From assembly GCA_021778515.1 (NCBI GenBank), contig JAJYCJ010000006.1, positions 1-63,124 of the forward strand: DNA of 63,124 nucleotides. Reading direction: 5' to 3'. The position numbers and the translations under genes were made by a program. Each line of letters starts with the position of its first letter. The first letter of the stretch is position 1. The notes beneath the pieces are model-generated. The model was not told where the DNA came from and did no database searches. It worked only from the letters and a program-made list of their open reading frames with translations. Below are positions 25,299 to 35,703 of this stretch, in pieces. The DNA is from Acidobacteriota bacterium. GTDB lineage: Bacteria; Acidobacteriota; UBA4820; DSQY01.

Positions 25299-26438
25299 CT
25301 ACTTCAGAGTGTTTTTGGCGATGACGAAGCGCTGGACCTGGTTGGTCCCCTCGTAGATCTGCGAGAGCTTGGCATCGCGCATGATCTTCTCGACGATGAA
25401 GTCCTTCGAGTAGCCGTCGCCGCCCATGATCTGGACCGCGTTGGTGGCCACCTCCATGGCCGTGTCGGTCGCGTAGTACTTGGCCATGGCGCTGTAGGTT
25501 CCGACCTCCTTGTCCTGGTCCGTCAGGATGGCCGCGTTCCAGACGAGGAAGCGGCTCGCCGTGATCTTGGTGAGCATCTCCGCGAACATGAACGAAATGC
25601 CCTGGAAGGCTACGATGGGCTGGTCGAACTGCCGGCGCTTGAGAGCCCACGCCTTCGACACGTCGTAGGCCTCCCGCGCCATGCCCACCGCCGCCGCCGC
25701 CACGCCCGCCCTCGTGCGGTTGAAGGTCTTCATGGCGATGATGAATCCCTGGTTCTCCTTGCCGATCACGTTCTCCACGGGGACCGCAACGTCGTGGTAC
25801 TCGATCTCCACCTGGCAGGAGGCGCGCTGGCCCATCTTGGGCAGCTCGCGGCCGATGACCACGCCGGGCGTGTCGGTGGGCACCACGATGGCGGACATGC
25901 CCCTGGCGCCGCGCCCCGGATCGGTGTTGCAGAATACCGTGTGGATCATGGCCTGTTTGCCGTTGGTAATGAAGCGCTTCTTGCCGTTGATGACGTACTT
26001 GTCACCCTGCCGCACGGCCGCCGTCTTCACCGCCCCGGCATCGGAGCCGGCCTCGGGCTCGGTCAGGCAGAAGGCGGCCAACCCACGGCCCTCCACGAGC
26101 TGTCCGAAGATCCGCTTCTTCAGCTCGTCGCTGCCGCCCACCAGGAGCGGCGTGAGGGCCAGGTTGTTGGCGTCGATGCAGATGCCGATTCCCGAGCAGG
26201 CCGCGCCCAGCTCTTCGCTCGCGAGGCATCCGTCGAGGGAGTTGTGGCCCGCCCCGCCGTACTCCTTCGGGATGGCACCGTTGACGATCCCCTCCTCGTA
26301 GGCCTTCTGGACTACGGGCCACGGAAACTCGCAGGACTCGTCGTACTGCCGCGCCACCGGGCGCATGACACGGTCGGCGAAGTCCTTGCTCTTCTCCACC
26401 AGTTCCAGTTGTTCCTTCGAGAGTTCGTAGCTGATCAT
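25299..26438 (-). CDS. Acyl-CoA dehydrogenase
   Basis: FCLTEPEAGSDA, INGKKRFITNG, RRQF, QIMGGDGY, RDAKLSQIYEGTNQVQR. Confidence 0.95.
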   Translation of the reverse strand: MISYELSKEQLELVEKSKDFADRVMRPVARQYDESCEFPWPVVQKAYEEGIVNGAIPKEYGGAGHNSLDGCLASEELGAACSGIGICIDANNLALTPLLVGGSDELKKRIFGQLVEGRGLAAFCLTEPEAGSDAGAVKTAAVRQGDKYVINGKKRFITNGKQAMIHTVFCNTDPGRGARGMSAIVVPTDTPGVVIGRELPKMGQRASCQVEIEYHDVAVPVENVIGKENQGFIIAMKTFNRTRAGVAAAAVGMAREAYDVSKAWALKRRQFDQPIVAFQGISFMFAEMLTKITASRFLVWNAAILTDQDKEVGTYSAMAKYYATDTAMEVATNAVQIMGGDGYSKDFIVEKIMRDAKLSQIYEGTNQVQRFVIAKNTLK

Positions 26439-26545
26439 GGGAATCTCCCCTTCTTGAGTAGGAGCGGTCGCCAGACCGCGACGCACGATCGTTGAGATCC
26501 GGGTTCATCCCGGATTGGGGCTCCTCGGAGCCCCGCCACGCCTCC

Positions 26546-27319
26546 TCAGCGAACCAAGCCCTCGGCGGGGCTGGAGGCGGTGGCGTAGCGCTTCATGGGG
26601 ATGCGGCCCGCCAGGAAGGCTTCGCGCCCGGCGCGCACGGCCTTGTTCATGGCGGCAGCCATGAGGACGGCGTCCCTGGCGCCGGCCACCCCCGTGTTCA
26701 TGAGGACGCCGTCCACACCCAGCTCCATGGCGCGGCAGGCGTCACCGGCCGTCCCCACGCCGGCGTCCACGATCACGGGAACGTCCATGAACTCCTTAAT
26801 GATGGAGATGTTGGTAGGATTCTGGATGCCCATGCCCGACCCGATCGGCGCGCCCAGGGGCATGACGGCGGCGGCGCCCGCATCCCTCAGCTTCTTGGCG
26901 TTCACCAGGTCGTCGTTGGTGTAGGGAAGCACCACGAAGCCCTCCTTCACGAGGGTCCGGGTGGCTTCGAGCAGCCCCTCGTTGTCGGGGAAGAGGGTCC
27001 TGTCGTCGCCGATCACCTCGAGCTTGACCCAGTTGGAGAGGCCCACCTCGCGGCCCAGCCGGGCGGTCCGGACGGCCTCGTCGGCCGTCGTGCAGCCCGC
27101 GGTGTTGGGGAGCAGGAAGTAGCGTTTGGGATCGATGAAATCGAGCATCGAGGCCTTGCTCCGGTCCAGCTCCACGCGCCGGACGGCCACGGTGATCACC
27201 TCGGCGCCCGAGGCCTCCAGGGCCGCCGCCATGGTCTCGTTGTCCCTGTATTTGCCGGTCCCCAGAAAGAGCCGGCTCGAAAACCGCCGTCCCGCGATCA
27301 CCAAGGTGTCTTCGGCCAT
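26546..27319 (-). CDS. thiG: Thiazole synthase
   Basis: [42 protein letters not shown]. Confidence 0.95.
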   Translation of the reverse strand: MAEDTLVIAGRRFSSRLFLGTGKYRDNETMAAALEASGAEVITVAVRRVELDRSKASMLDFIDPKRYFLLPNTAGCTTADEAVRTARLGREVGLSNWVKLEVIGDDRTLFPDNEGLLEATRTLVKEGFVVLPYTNDDLVNAKKLRDAGAAAVMPLGAPIGSGMGIQNPTNISIIKEFMDVPVIVDAGVGTAGDACRAMELGVDGVLMNTGVAGARDAVLMAAAMNKAVRAGREAFLAGRIPMKRYATASSPAEGLVR

Positions 27320-27702
27320 GGGAAACCTCCGCGAAGTGAGAAGGATAGCACAGCGGGGAGCATTTCGGAATTCGGAAAGCCGAACTCCGAGAAACGAAGA
27401 TTCACCATTGCTAATGGGACACCAGTAGGGCTGACTCTTTGCTAAGGGCAGCTTCGAAGTGGGGATGGGAGAGCAGCGAGGCCGAAAGCCTGAGCCTGCC
27501 CCCGCGAAGGCGGGGGAGAGGGAGGGGGCCAACCCCTTCCCTCTCGGATTCGTAAGACACTAAGGCACGAAGAAATTGGGGATTGGGGCCTTGGATTTGT
27601 GGCTTGGGATTCATGCCGCAACCATTTCTCCATCATCCATCATCCCCTTGCCGCGGCATCTCTCCCTCGGCTACCATGGCGGCGTAAGGCTGGCCCATCG
27701 CG

Positions 27703-28197
27703 ATGGACGAACGGCTCCGGCGCTTTCTCTTTCCTTCAATCACTCCGGCCTTTCTCGTCAGGGTTGTGCTTGTGGCGCTCTGCGCCTACGGCTTCTTCGG
27801 CTTCGTCTGCACCCCCTTCGTCATCCGGGGTAAGAGCATGGAGTCCACCTATCGCGACGGCGGGTTCGACTTCCTCTGGAAGCCCCATTACCTCTACTCG
27901 AAACCCCAGAGGGGCGACGTGGTGGCCATCAGCCTGGCGGGCGAGGATGTCGTCTACCTCAAGCGCATCGTCGCCCTGGCGGGACAGACGGTGGCCTTCA
28001 AGGACGGCGTGCTCGTGGTGGACGGCCGTCCCGTGGCGGAGCCCTACGTGAAGGGCCCGTGCGACTGGAACCTTCCTCCCCGAACGGTGGAGGCGGATCA
28101 CGTCTACGTCGTTGGAGACAACCGGAGCATGCCCATGGAGCAGCACGACTTCGGCCAGGTATCGCTCCGCCGAATTGTTGGAGTTCCCCTATGGTGA
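27703..28197 (+). CDS. lepB: Signal peptidase I
   Basis: GKSMES (catalytic Ser), RGDVV, LKRIVA (catalytic Lys), GDNRS, FG. Confidence 0.9.
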   Translation: MDERLRRFLFPSITPAFLVRVVLVALCAYGFFGFVCTPFVIRGKSMESTYRDGGFDFLWKPHYLYSKPQRGDVVAISLAGEDVVYLKRIVALAGQTVAFKDGVLVVDGRPVAEPYVKGPCDWNLPPRTVEADHVYVVGDNRSMPMEQHDFGQVSLRRIVGVPLW

Positions 28198-28688
28198 CCC
28201 GCAATAAAATCCTCGCCGGCGTGGCCGTTCTTCTAGCGGTCTGGGCCGTCTGGACCTTCTTCCCCTCGCGCACTCGGCAGGTGAAACGGCAGTTCAGCTC
28301 CTTCTCGGAGTGGGTCTCCAAGGACGGACCCGAGGGCAACCTGACCCTGGTCAACGAGGCAACCAAGGCCGATGAGTTCTTTGCGCCTCAGTGCACTTGG
28401 GAGGCCCACGGGTACGATCTCAACGGCACCGTCACCCCCCAGGAGGTCAGCCGGTACTACTTCGCCGGGCGCGCACGCTTCAACAAGCTCTCCCTGAAGT
28501 TCTACGACCTGGACATCCGCTTCCCGGAGCGGCGCACTGCCCGCGTCAAGGCCACGGTGAGGATCACCGGAACCCTCCAGGACGGCGACTCGGTGAGCGA
28601 GACCCACGAGGTGCGGTGCACCCTTCAGAAGATGCACGGGAAGTGGCTCTTCGGCCAGGTTACCGTGGTTGAGGTGCTCAAGCGGTAG
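28191..28688 (+). CDS. Membrane-anchored hypothetical protein, NTF2-like fold possible
   Basis: N-terminal hydrophobic segment; overlaps lepB end; terminal LQKMHGKWLFGQV pattern. Confidence 0.65.
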   Translation: MVTRNKILAGVAVLLAVWAVWTFFPSRTRQVKRQFSSFSEWVSKDGPEGNLTLVNEATKADEFFAPQCTWEAHGYDLNGTVTPQEVSRYYFAGRARFNKLSLKFYDLDIRFPERRTARVKATVRITGTLQDGDSVSETHEVRCTLQKMHGKWLFGQVTVVEVLKR

Positions 28689-28754
28689 GCCCGTCCGCTC
28701 GGTTCCTGTGCGTTCCACGGCCCGCCGGCAACGGCGCTCCGCCGCGCCCCGCCG

Positions 28755-29513
28755 TCAGGGGTGAAAGGCCTGAACCAGCAGCTTGAGGGCCATGGCGAAG
28801 GCCACGGCGAGGAAGACGGGGCGCACGAAGCGGGCCCCGCGTCTGAGGACCAGCCCCACGCCGATCCTGGCACCCACGAGCTGCCCCGCCGCCATGGCCA
28901 GCGCCTTCACCACGAGGACGTGGCCGCCGATGAAGAAAAAGAGGAGCGAGGTGAGGTTGCTGGTGAAGTTCATCACCTTCGTGTTCGCCGTGGCCTTCTT
29001 CATGTTGAAGCCGAGCAGCGTGACGAAGGCGATGATCCAGAAGGAGCCCACCCCGGGGCCGAAGAAGCCGTCGTAGAAGCCGAGCCCGAGGCCGAAGAAC
29101 AGGTGGAAGACGGCTGCGCTCATCCGGGGCCGGGCGTCCTCCAGGCCCAGCCTGGGCGTCAGCAGAGTGTAGAGGGAGATGGCGATCAGCAGCACCGGAA
29201 TGAGCTGCTTCAGGAAGCCGGGATTGGCCAATTGGACCGTCAGGGTCCCGAGGGCCGCGCCCAGGGCGGTGAAGAGGATCCCTCGCCCGCAGGTCTTGAG
29301 ATCCAGCTCCTTGGCCCTCGCGAAGTGGAAGGTGGCGCTGCCGGAACCGAAGCAGGCCTGGAGCTTGTTGGTGCCGAGGGCGTCCTGGGGAGAGAGCCCC
29401 ATGGCCAGGAAGGCAGGGATGGTGATGAGCCCGCCCCCGCCGGCCACCGAATCCACCATGCCCGCGAAGAGGCCCACGCCGAACAGGAGCGGATAGAGCC
29501 AGGGGCCGCTCAC
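28755..29513 (-). CDS. TSUP (TauE/SafE) family transporter
   Basis: AGMVDSVAGGGGLI, ALGTNK, GFYDGFFGPGVG. Confidence 0.92.
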   Translation of the reverse strand: MSGPWLYPLLFGVGLFAGMVDSVAGGGGLITIPAFLAMGLSPQDALGTNKLQACFGSGSATFHFARAKELDLKTCGRGILFTALGAALGTLTVQLANPGFLKQLIPVLLIAISLYTLLTPRLGLEDARPRMSAAVFHLFFGLGLGFYDGFFGPGVGSFWIIAFVTLLGFNMKKATANTKVMNFTSNLTSLLFFFIGGHVLVVKALAMAAGQLVGARIGVGLVLRRGARFVRPVFLAVAFAMALKLLVQAFHP

Positions 29514-29633
29514 GCCGCCGTCCCGCCGGGTCCCTTCGTCACTGCCCCGTCCTTCTCTGCCATCTCATCCTCCGGCCACGCGGATGAGGGATGATCGACG
29601 AGAGGAAGCACACGGCCCATGGAGCCGTCTTCC

Positions 29634-31535
29634 TCACTTCCTCACTTCCTCACTTCCAAACAGCACCCACCGCTCGGCCTGGGCGTTGGCGGTCCCGAAG
29701 AGATCCCTCCAGGCCTCGTAATTCTTGGGCTGGATGATCCTTCCAGGGATCTCCGCCGCGGCGTCCATGGTCAGAATCCTCCCGTCGGCCCCCCAGCTCT
29801 GGGAGAAGCTTCCCGCTGCGTTGGAGAGCTTCAGCTCGCCCGGCAGATAGAGGGGTTTGGCTCCCTCGGGGAGGGTGATGCGCAGCACGAGGTGCTCCTT
29901 TCCGCTGCCCGCCAGCACCAGGGGAATCGTCCTTTCCCCGAGGTAGCTCGCCGGGAACCGGGCCAGCAGTGATTCTCCCGGCAGCCCCGTGGAGATCGCA
30001 CGGATGCCCGCCTCGACCTTCGGGGCCGGCGCCTTGAAGAGGATACGGAAGACGCACTGTTGCGGCTCCAGCCTCACTACCGTGCAGTCCGTCAGCGCGC
30101 TCCCCGGAAGGAGCCCTTCCACGAAGGCGGCCAGGCAGGCCCTCTGCGCCTTCTCGTCGCCTTGGACCGCGTAAAAGGGGCTGTAGCGGCCCGCCAGGGT
30201 GACTAGGCCGCCGCCCTCCAGCGACAGGTCGGCACCGGCGGCCGCTTCGAGGTCGGCCTCGAGCAAATCGGTCCCACCGACGGGGGTCATGGTTTGCAGA
30301 TCATCCGAGCCACCCAGGAGGGGCAGGCCTTTGAACCCGGCGAAGTCCCGCTGCGATCGTTGCGACAGGCTCGCCGTGGGGTCGAGCCAGAGGGGGCCTC
30401 CGGGGCCCTCGACCCGGACGAGCACCGTGTCCATCTGAGCCATGCATGGAACCGCGTCGGGATCGAGCCCGCCTTGCACCGTCTGCCTTCCCGCCGAAAT
30501 TGCCGCCCCGATCCCAGCGCTCTTGAGCATGGCGCAGAGGAGGACGCCTTTGTCCAGCGCGTTGCCGTAGCCCGAGTCGTAGACCTCGGCGGCGCCGCGG
30601 GGGACGAAATCGAAGTCCGCCAGCGGCCAGCGCACGGTGTTGATGTCCTCGGCCACGTAGTCGTGGAGCGCCTCGATCTTCTCGAAGGAGCTTGCGACCC
30701 CCGTCAGGAGAGACTCCTCCTTTTTCTTGAGCTGGAGTGAGGTGACCCCCTCCGCCTTGGCCACCAGCCCGCCGATGGCCGATGACTCCTGCTTCCAGCC
30801 CGGACAGGTTGTGAAAATCAGGGTGGGCAGGAAGTTTCTCTCCTGCGGCCCCAGCTCATCCGGGGGCGCCAGGGGGACGTTGCCCAGGGTCCAGGTGGTG
30901 GTCACGGCGTCACCCGCCCGGGTCACCACAGGCTCTGCCAGGGCGCTGAAGAGCCGGTAATGCAAGGCCCTGCCTTCCGGCACGGTCACCGAGACGCTCC
31001 TCTCCAGGGCCGGGTCCTGGTCCTCGAACCGCTCCACCCCCTCCAGATACCGGCGCCAGGGGCGCTTGTCCGTGAGGGTGTACTCCAGCTCAACGACGCA
31101 GTTGAGATCCAGCCCCACCTTGGTGATGACCATCTGGCGCCAGTCCGTATAGGCCGGAGCCCTCTCCAGCTCGAAGGGGGTCATCTCGTTGAAGGAGTTG
31201 GCCTTGGCGTCCACGATCAGTCCATCGGCGGTGTAGGTCCGGCAGCGTTCGATGGAGAGCTCCTGCTCCCTCTTGTTGAAGGTGACCTTCGGGTCGCCCG
31301 TCTCGTCCATCCCCTGGTAGGTGAGGATCTTTTCCACGCGCCGGACCTTCTCGACCTGGCGCCCGTCGGGCAGAAGGGTGAAGTCGCGGCTCTCTGAGAG
31401 GACGAGCACGTCGGCGCGCGGATAGTCCTTGGCGGTGGGGGTTCCGGCGTATTGCGGCGGAAGCCCCGCCGCCAGGACCGGCAGCGCGGCCACCGCCAAC
31501 ACGAGGCCCGCCATCCCCCTAGCCGCCCTTCTCAT
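29634..31535 (-). CDS. DUF3857 + transglutaminase-like protein, catalytic residues missing; alternative start 31580
   Basis: Signal peptide; YGNALDKGVLLCAML and WLDPT motifs without the catalytic Cys/His. Confidence 0.8.
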   Translation of the reverse strand: MRRAARGMAGLVLAVAALPVLAAGLPPQYAGTPTAKDYPRADVLVLSESRDFTLLPDGRQVEKVRRVEKILTYQGMDETGDPKVTFNKREQELSIERCRTYTADGLIVDAKANSFNEMTPFELERAPAYTDWRQMVITKVGLDLNCVVELEYTLTDKRPWRRYLEGVERFEDQDPALERSVSVTVPEGRALHYRLFSALAEPVVTRAGDAVTTTWTLGNVPLAPPDELGPQERNFLPTLIFTTCPGWKQESSAIGGLVAKAEGVTSLQLKKKEESLLTGVASSFEKIEALHDYVAEDINTVRWPLADFDFVPRGAAEVYDSGYGNALDKGVLLCAMLKSAGIGAAISAGRQTVQGGLDPDAVPCMAQMDTVLVRVEGPGGPLWLDPTASLSQRSQRDFAGFKGLPLLGGSDDLQTMTPVGGTDLLEADLEAAAGADLSLEGGGLVTLAGRYSPFYAVQGDEKAQRACLAAFVEGLLPGSALTDCTVVRLEPQQCVFRILFKAPAPKVEAGIRAISTGLPGESLLARFPASYLGERTIPLVLAGSGKEHLVLRITLPEGAKPLYLPGELKLSNAAGSFSQSWGADGRILTMDAAAEIPGRIIQPKNYEAWRDLFGTANAQAERWVLFGSEEVRK

Positions 31536-31576
31536 GGCCCTCTCCAGCTCTCCAGATCCCCAGCTCTTCAGCTCCC

Positions 31577-33559
31577 TCATTTCCCCACCACCACCGGCGC
31601 CTGCTCGGCCGCCCGAAAAGCATCCACCGCGGACTTGAGGTTTTGGTACTCGCCGGCGGAGATGATCTTCTGCTTGATGACCAGGTTTTCGTTGAATTGA
31701 AGCCGGTCCGAACGCATGGAGGCTGACGCGGAAAAGCCGGCCGCCGGGCCGTCCACCTTCGCGTAGCCGGGCGCACCGGTGAGGGAGTACCCCTTCGGTA
31801 GCGTCAGGGTCTCCCGAAAGGTGAAGTCGCGGGTCGCCCGCAGGTAGATGCCGTAGCTCCGCTTGTCGCCCTTCACCGCGCCCATGAAGTCCGTCATCCT
31901 CGGGCTGTCGAGGATGCCGTGGGCCATGGGAGGCACGAAGACCATGCGCCCGCCGGCCACCATGGCGTAGCCGGGAACGCTGTAGGTGAGGGTGATCGAA
32001 AAGGGCTTCGTCACCTCGACGGGGTCCGTCGTGCGGTAGCTGGTGAGTCGGGCCCTCGGCGAAATGCGGGCGACCCACTGCTCGAAGACGCTCCTCACCT
32101 CGCTCGCGGGGCTGTTCACCACGGCCCAGGCCAGGTTGGTCTCGCTGTAGTGGCCGCCCGTGATGGTCAGGGTGCCCGCGAGGTTCCCCTGCTCGTTGAG
32201 AGTGCCGTCCGACTCGATCAGGATGAAGTTGTCGCTGGCCGGGGCCGGCGGCGTCTCCATGAGATCCTCCCCCCGGGGAGAGCCGATGAGGTAGTTCTGC
32301 GGCTTCTCCGCCGAGGACCAGATCTCCCGGCTGAAGGGGCACCACGTGGGGTCGTAGAGCTTGTACCGGTTCGGCGCCACCTCCGTGGCAACGACGCAGT
32401 GGTCAAACTGGTCGGCCGCGATCTTCTCCACCTTGGCGCCCACCATGGTCATGGCGGGGTAGGTGTGCGTGAAACCGGCCGCGCGGAACATGGTGATGCA
32501 CATGCCGGCGATGTCCTTGCAGACCCCGCATCGGTCATTGAAGGTCATGATGCCCGGGTGCAGGGTGTAGCCCTCCCCCTTGCCCATGGAGATTCCGCTG
32601 TAGCGGATCTGGCGCGCCACCCAGGCGAGGATGGCGAAGCGCTTCTCGTCGTCGGTCATCAGGCCCCGCGTGATCTCCTCCACCTTGGCCTTGATGGCGT
32701 CGTTGTAGGCGAAGGCGTGGGCGTCCTCGTTCACCGTGTAGAACCAGCGGGACTTCTCCGGCCAGTCCTTCACCGTGGCCAAAACCAGCTTCGGGAAGGC
32801 GTCCTGGTCGTCCACCATGCGCGGCTCGCGCTTGGCGGCGGGCACGTTCTCCTTCCACCAGGTGTAGGTCAGGCTCTTCTCCCCGAAGGAGGTCGCGCTT
32901 CCCAGCTCGCCGTGGAAGACCTCGGCCTGGATCGGCTTGTCCTTGGGCAGCACGATGGTGTAGCTCTTCCTGACTATGGGCAGGCTCCCCTGGAAGAGCA
33001 CGACGTCGTAGTAGTGGCCCCGCATGGGAGGGATGTACTTCTCGTCCCCGGGCTGAGCCGGGTCATTCAGATAGGCGATGACGAAGCCCTTGGAGTAGGT
33101 CTCGATCTCCACCGCGTCGCCGGGGTCGAGCTTGGGCACGGAGGCCACCTTCATCCGCGGGTCCCAGTAGATCATGAACTGGGGCTGGGGAAGATCGTAG
33201 ATCCTGGAGGGGGGCACCTCCTGGACGCTCCCGTCCGCCCGGAAGACCGTCAGCTTCTTGATCTCGGCCACGGAGGAGGCGGGGTCGTAGTCGAAGCGCA
33301 GGGTGGCGAACTCGGCCGCCCCCTTCTCGGTCAGGACCTTGATGAGCAGCGTCCGATTGACGTGGCTGAGTCCCGACTCCTCCACGTCCACGTGCGTCTC
33401 GTCGAGGACCGCCACCGCGTCCGCGCCGGGATACTTCGCCGCCGTGACCGGCTTGAGCAGCTCTTCGACCTGGGCGGCATCCTGCGCCCTCGCCCCGAGC
33501 GCGCAGACCGCCAGCGTCAGGCAGGCGAGAACCGCCGCGGCGACCTTTTTCCTCCTCAT
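31577..33559 (-). CDS. DUF3857 + transglutaminase-like protein with intact triad
   Basis: Signal peptide; QIRY, GVCKD, FDHCVVA, YDPT. Confidence 0.85.
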   Translation of the reverse strand: MRRKKVAAAVLACLTLAVCALGARAQDAAQVEELLKPVTAAKYPGADAVAVLDETHVDVEESGLSHVNRTLLIKVLTEKGAAEFATLRFDYDPASSVAEIKKLTVFRADGSVQEVPPSRIYDLPQPQFMIYWDPRMKVASVPKLDPGDAVEIETYSKGFVIAYLNDPAQPGDEKYIPPMRGHYYDVVLFQGSLPIVRKSYTIVLPKDKPIQAEVFHGELGSATSFGEKSLTYTWWKENVPAAKREPRMVDDQDAFPKLVLATVKDWPEKSRWFYTVNEDAHAFAYNDAIKAKVEEITRGLMTDDEKRFAILAWVARQIRYSGISMGKGEGYTLHPGIMTFNDRCGVCKDIAGMCITMFRAAGFTHTYPAMTMVGAKVEKIAADQFDHCVVATEVAPNRYKLYDPTWCPFSREIWSSAEKPQNYLIGSPRGEDLMETPPAPASDNFILIESDGTLNEQGNLAGTLTITGGHYSETNLAWAVVNSPASEVRSVFEQWVARISPRARLTSYRTTDPVEVTKPFSITLTYSVPGYAMVAGGRMVFVPPMAHGILDSPRMTDFMGAVKGDKRSYGIYLRATRDFTFRETLTLPKGYSLTGAPGYAKVDGPAAGFSASASMRSDRLQFNENLVIKQKIISAGEYQNLKSAVDAFRAAEQAPVVVGK

Positions 33560-33573
33560 GAGTCCCTCCGGGT

Positions 33574-33607
33574 AAGGAAAGGGCTCCCCGCCTCGGCGGG
33601 GAGCCCT
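33574..33607 (-). terminator. Intrinsic terminator after mdh
   Basis: agggctccccgcc-ga-ggcggggagccct followed by ttcctt. Confidence 0.65.
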
Positions 33608-33633
33608 GGACACGCGAATTCCGAGGCGACGGC

Positions 33634-34650
33634 TCACAGGCTCTTGAGCATGGCGTCGACTTCGTCGCAGGTCTTCTTGACCCCGGCGACCGACTTGACC
33701 AGCGCGGCCTTCTCCTCTTCGGTGAGGTCGAGTTCGATGACCTTCTCGATGCCGTTCTTGCCGACGATCGCCGGCACGCCGACGAACAGCCCCTTGACGC
33801 CGTACTCGCCCTCCAGCTTGGCGCACACCGGCAGGATCTTGCGCTTGTCGAAGATCACCGCCTCGGCCATCTCGAGCGCCGACCAGGCCGGCGACACGAA
33901 CGCGGAGCCGAAGCCGAGCAGGCCCACGACCTCGCCGCCCGCCTTGCGGGTGCGCGTTTCGATCTTTGCCAGGGTGTCGGCGTCGAGGAACTTGGTGACC
34001 GGGATGCCGGCGATCTGGCAGGAGCTGCGCACCGGCACCATGTCGTCGCCGTGGCCGCCGAGGACCATGGCGTTGACGTTCTCAACCGACACCTTGGCCG
34101 CCTCGGCGACGAAGTAGCAATAGCGCTCGGAGTCGAGGACGCCGGCCATGCCGAAGAGCATGTTCTTCTTGGGCGTGAGGCGCTTGTCGAGGGTGTAGAC
34201 GATGGCGTCGAGCGGGTTGGCGATGGAGATGACCATCGCGTTCGGGCAGTACTTCTGGATGCCCTTGGCCACCTCGATGGTAACCTTGAGGTTGATGGTG
34301 AGGAGTTCCTCGCGGCTGGGGAATGTCCCGTCCGGTCGGGCCTTGCGGGGAACGCCGGCGGTGTTGATGATCAGGTCCGCGCCCTCGATGGCGGAGTAGT
34401 CCTTGGAGCCGACGAGCTTGATGTCCTTGCGAATGGTGGGCAGGCCCTCGGCGATGTCCAGGCACTTCCCGATCGACACGGACTGCTTTTTGATGACCTC
34501 CTGGCGCTCCGGGGGATCGTTCGGGTTCGGCATGGGCGCCGGGTCCACCAACCCCACCTCGCGCGCGAGCCTCCGCTGGGCGATCTCCTGCGTGAGAACG
34601 CCGCCGATGTAGCCACCGCCGATGAGACCGATCTTTTTCAGCATGTGCAT
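33634..34650 (-). CDS. mdh: Malate dehydrogenase (LDH-like family)
   Basis: IGGGYIG, TAGVPRK, NPLD, GMAGVLDSER, GGHGD; divergent from fumarase genes. Confidence 0.9.
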   Translation of the reverse strand: MHMLKKIGLIGGGYIGGVLTQEIAQRRLAREVGLVDPAPMPNPNDPPERQEVIKKQSVSIGKCLDIAEGLPTIRKDIKLVGSKDYSAIEGADLIINTAGVPRKARPDGTFPSREELLTINLKVTIEVAKGIQKYCPNAMVISIANPLDAIVYTLDKRLTPKKNMLFGMAGVLDSERYCYFVAEAAKVSVENVNAMVLGGHGDDMVPVRSSCQIAGIPVTKFLDADTLAKIETRTRKAGGEVVGLLGFGSAFVSPAWSALEMAEAVIFDKRKILPVCAKLEGEYGVKGLFVGVPAIVGKNGIEKVIELDLTEEEKAALVKSVAGVKKTCDEVDAMLKSL

Positions 34651-34771
34651 GTCTCCTTTCGTGCTTTGTGGTTCCGCCCCCGGGCGACCCCGCCCGCGTC
34701 CGCGCCGGGAGTTCGCCCAACCGAGGGGTTACTATAGCACGATCGGGGACAAGAGGGGACGGCTCAGCGCC

Positions 34772-34800
34772 TTGCCACCGGATGGGCGTGGGGGTATCAT
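34772..34800 (+). promoter_or_regulatory. Sigma70-like promoter for the fumarase genes
   Basis: TTGCCA-17-TATCAT. Confidence 0.5.
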
Positions 34801-34853
34801 CGGACGCTCGGGGGCCTGATGGATCGGACCCCCTTCTTGTCGGGGGATAAGAA

Positions 34854-35693
34854 ATGAGGACAGTCAAAGCCGAAGAGGTCACCGAGGCCCTGGCCAAGGT
34901 GGCCGTCAACGCCAACTACGACATCGGCCCGGAGATGCTCCGAGCCTTCGACGAGGCCCTCGCGGCGGAGAAGTCGGAGGCGGGCCGGGAGGTCATCCGC
35001 CAGATTCAGAAGAACGCGCGCATCGCCCGGGAGGAGTGCGTCCCCTACTGCCAGGACACGGGCTTCGCCGTGGTCTTCGCGGAGGTCGGTCAGGACGTGC
35101 ACGTGGAGGGCAACCTCACGGACGCCATCAACGCCGGCATCCGGAAGGCCTACTCCGACGGCTACCTGCGCAAGTCCATCCTGAACGACCCCATCCAGCG
35201 CAAGAACACGGGGGACAACACCCCGGCGGTCATCCACTACGAGGTGGTGCCCGGGGACAAGATCCGCCTCACCTTCGGAGCCAAGGGCGGCGGCAGCGAG
35301 AACATGTCCAAGCAGGCCATGCTCAAGCCCGCCGACGGCCTGGAGGGGGTGAAGAAGTTCGTCCTGGAGACGGTCTCCGCCGGCGGCGCCAACGCCTGCC
35401 CGCCGCTCGTCATCGGCGTGGGGCTGGGCGGCACCTTCGAGAAGTCCTGCATCCTCTCCAAGAAGGCTGCCATGCGCTCGCCCTTCCACCGGAACCCGGA
35501 CCCCTTCTACGCCGCGCTGGAGGACGAACTGAAGGAGAGCCTCAACAAGCTGGGCATCGGCCCCATGGGTTACGGCGGCACGGTGACGGTGCTGGGGGTC
35601 AACATCGAAGTGCACCCCTGCCACCTGGTGGCTCTGCCGGTCGCCGTGAACGTGAACTGCCACGCCGACCGCCACGGCGAAGTGGAACTGTGA
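34854..35693 (+). CDS. Fe-S fumarate hydratase alpha subunit (class I, two-subunit)
   Basis: CQDTG, GYLRKS, KGGGSEN, NACPP, NCHADRH. Confidence 0.92.
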   Translation: MRTVKAEEVTEALAKVAVNANYDIGPEMLRAFDEALAAEKSEAGREVIRQIQKNARIAREECVPYCQDTGFAVVFAEVGQDVHVEGNLTDAINAGIRKAYSDGYLRKSILNDPIQRKNTGDNTPAVIHYEVVPGDKIRLTFGAKGGGSENMSKQAMLKPADGLEGVKKFVLETVSAGGANACPPLVIGVGLGGTFEKSCILSKKAAMRSPFHRNPDPFYAALEDELKESLNKLGIGPMGYGGTVTVLGVNIEVHPCHLVALPVAVNVNCHADRHGEVEL

Positions 35694-35703
35694 GGAGGGG
35701 ATC

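Noticed and set aside
34404-34414. tggagccgacg match to the tRNA 3' end as a second att site
   Set aside because: Only 11 nt, inside mdh and on the wrong side of the tRNA; no convincing att duplicate was found by eye on the island side
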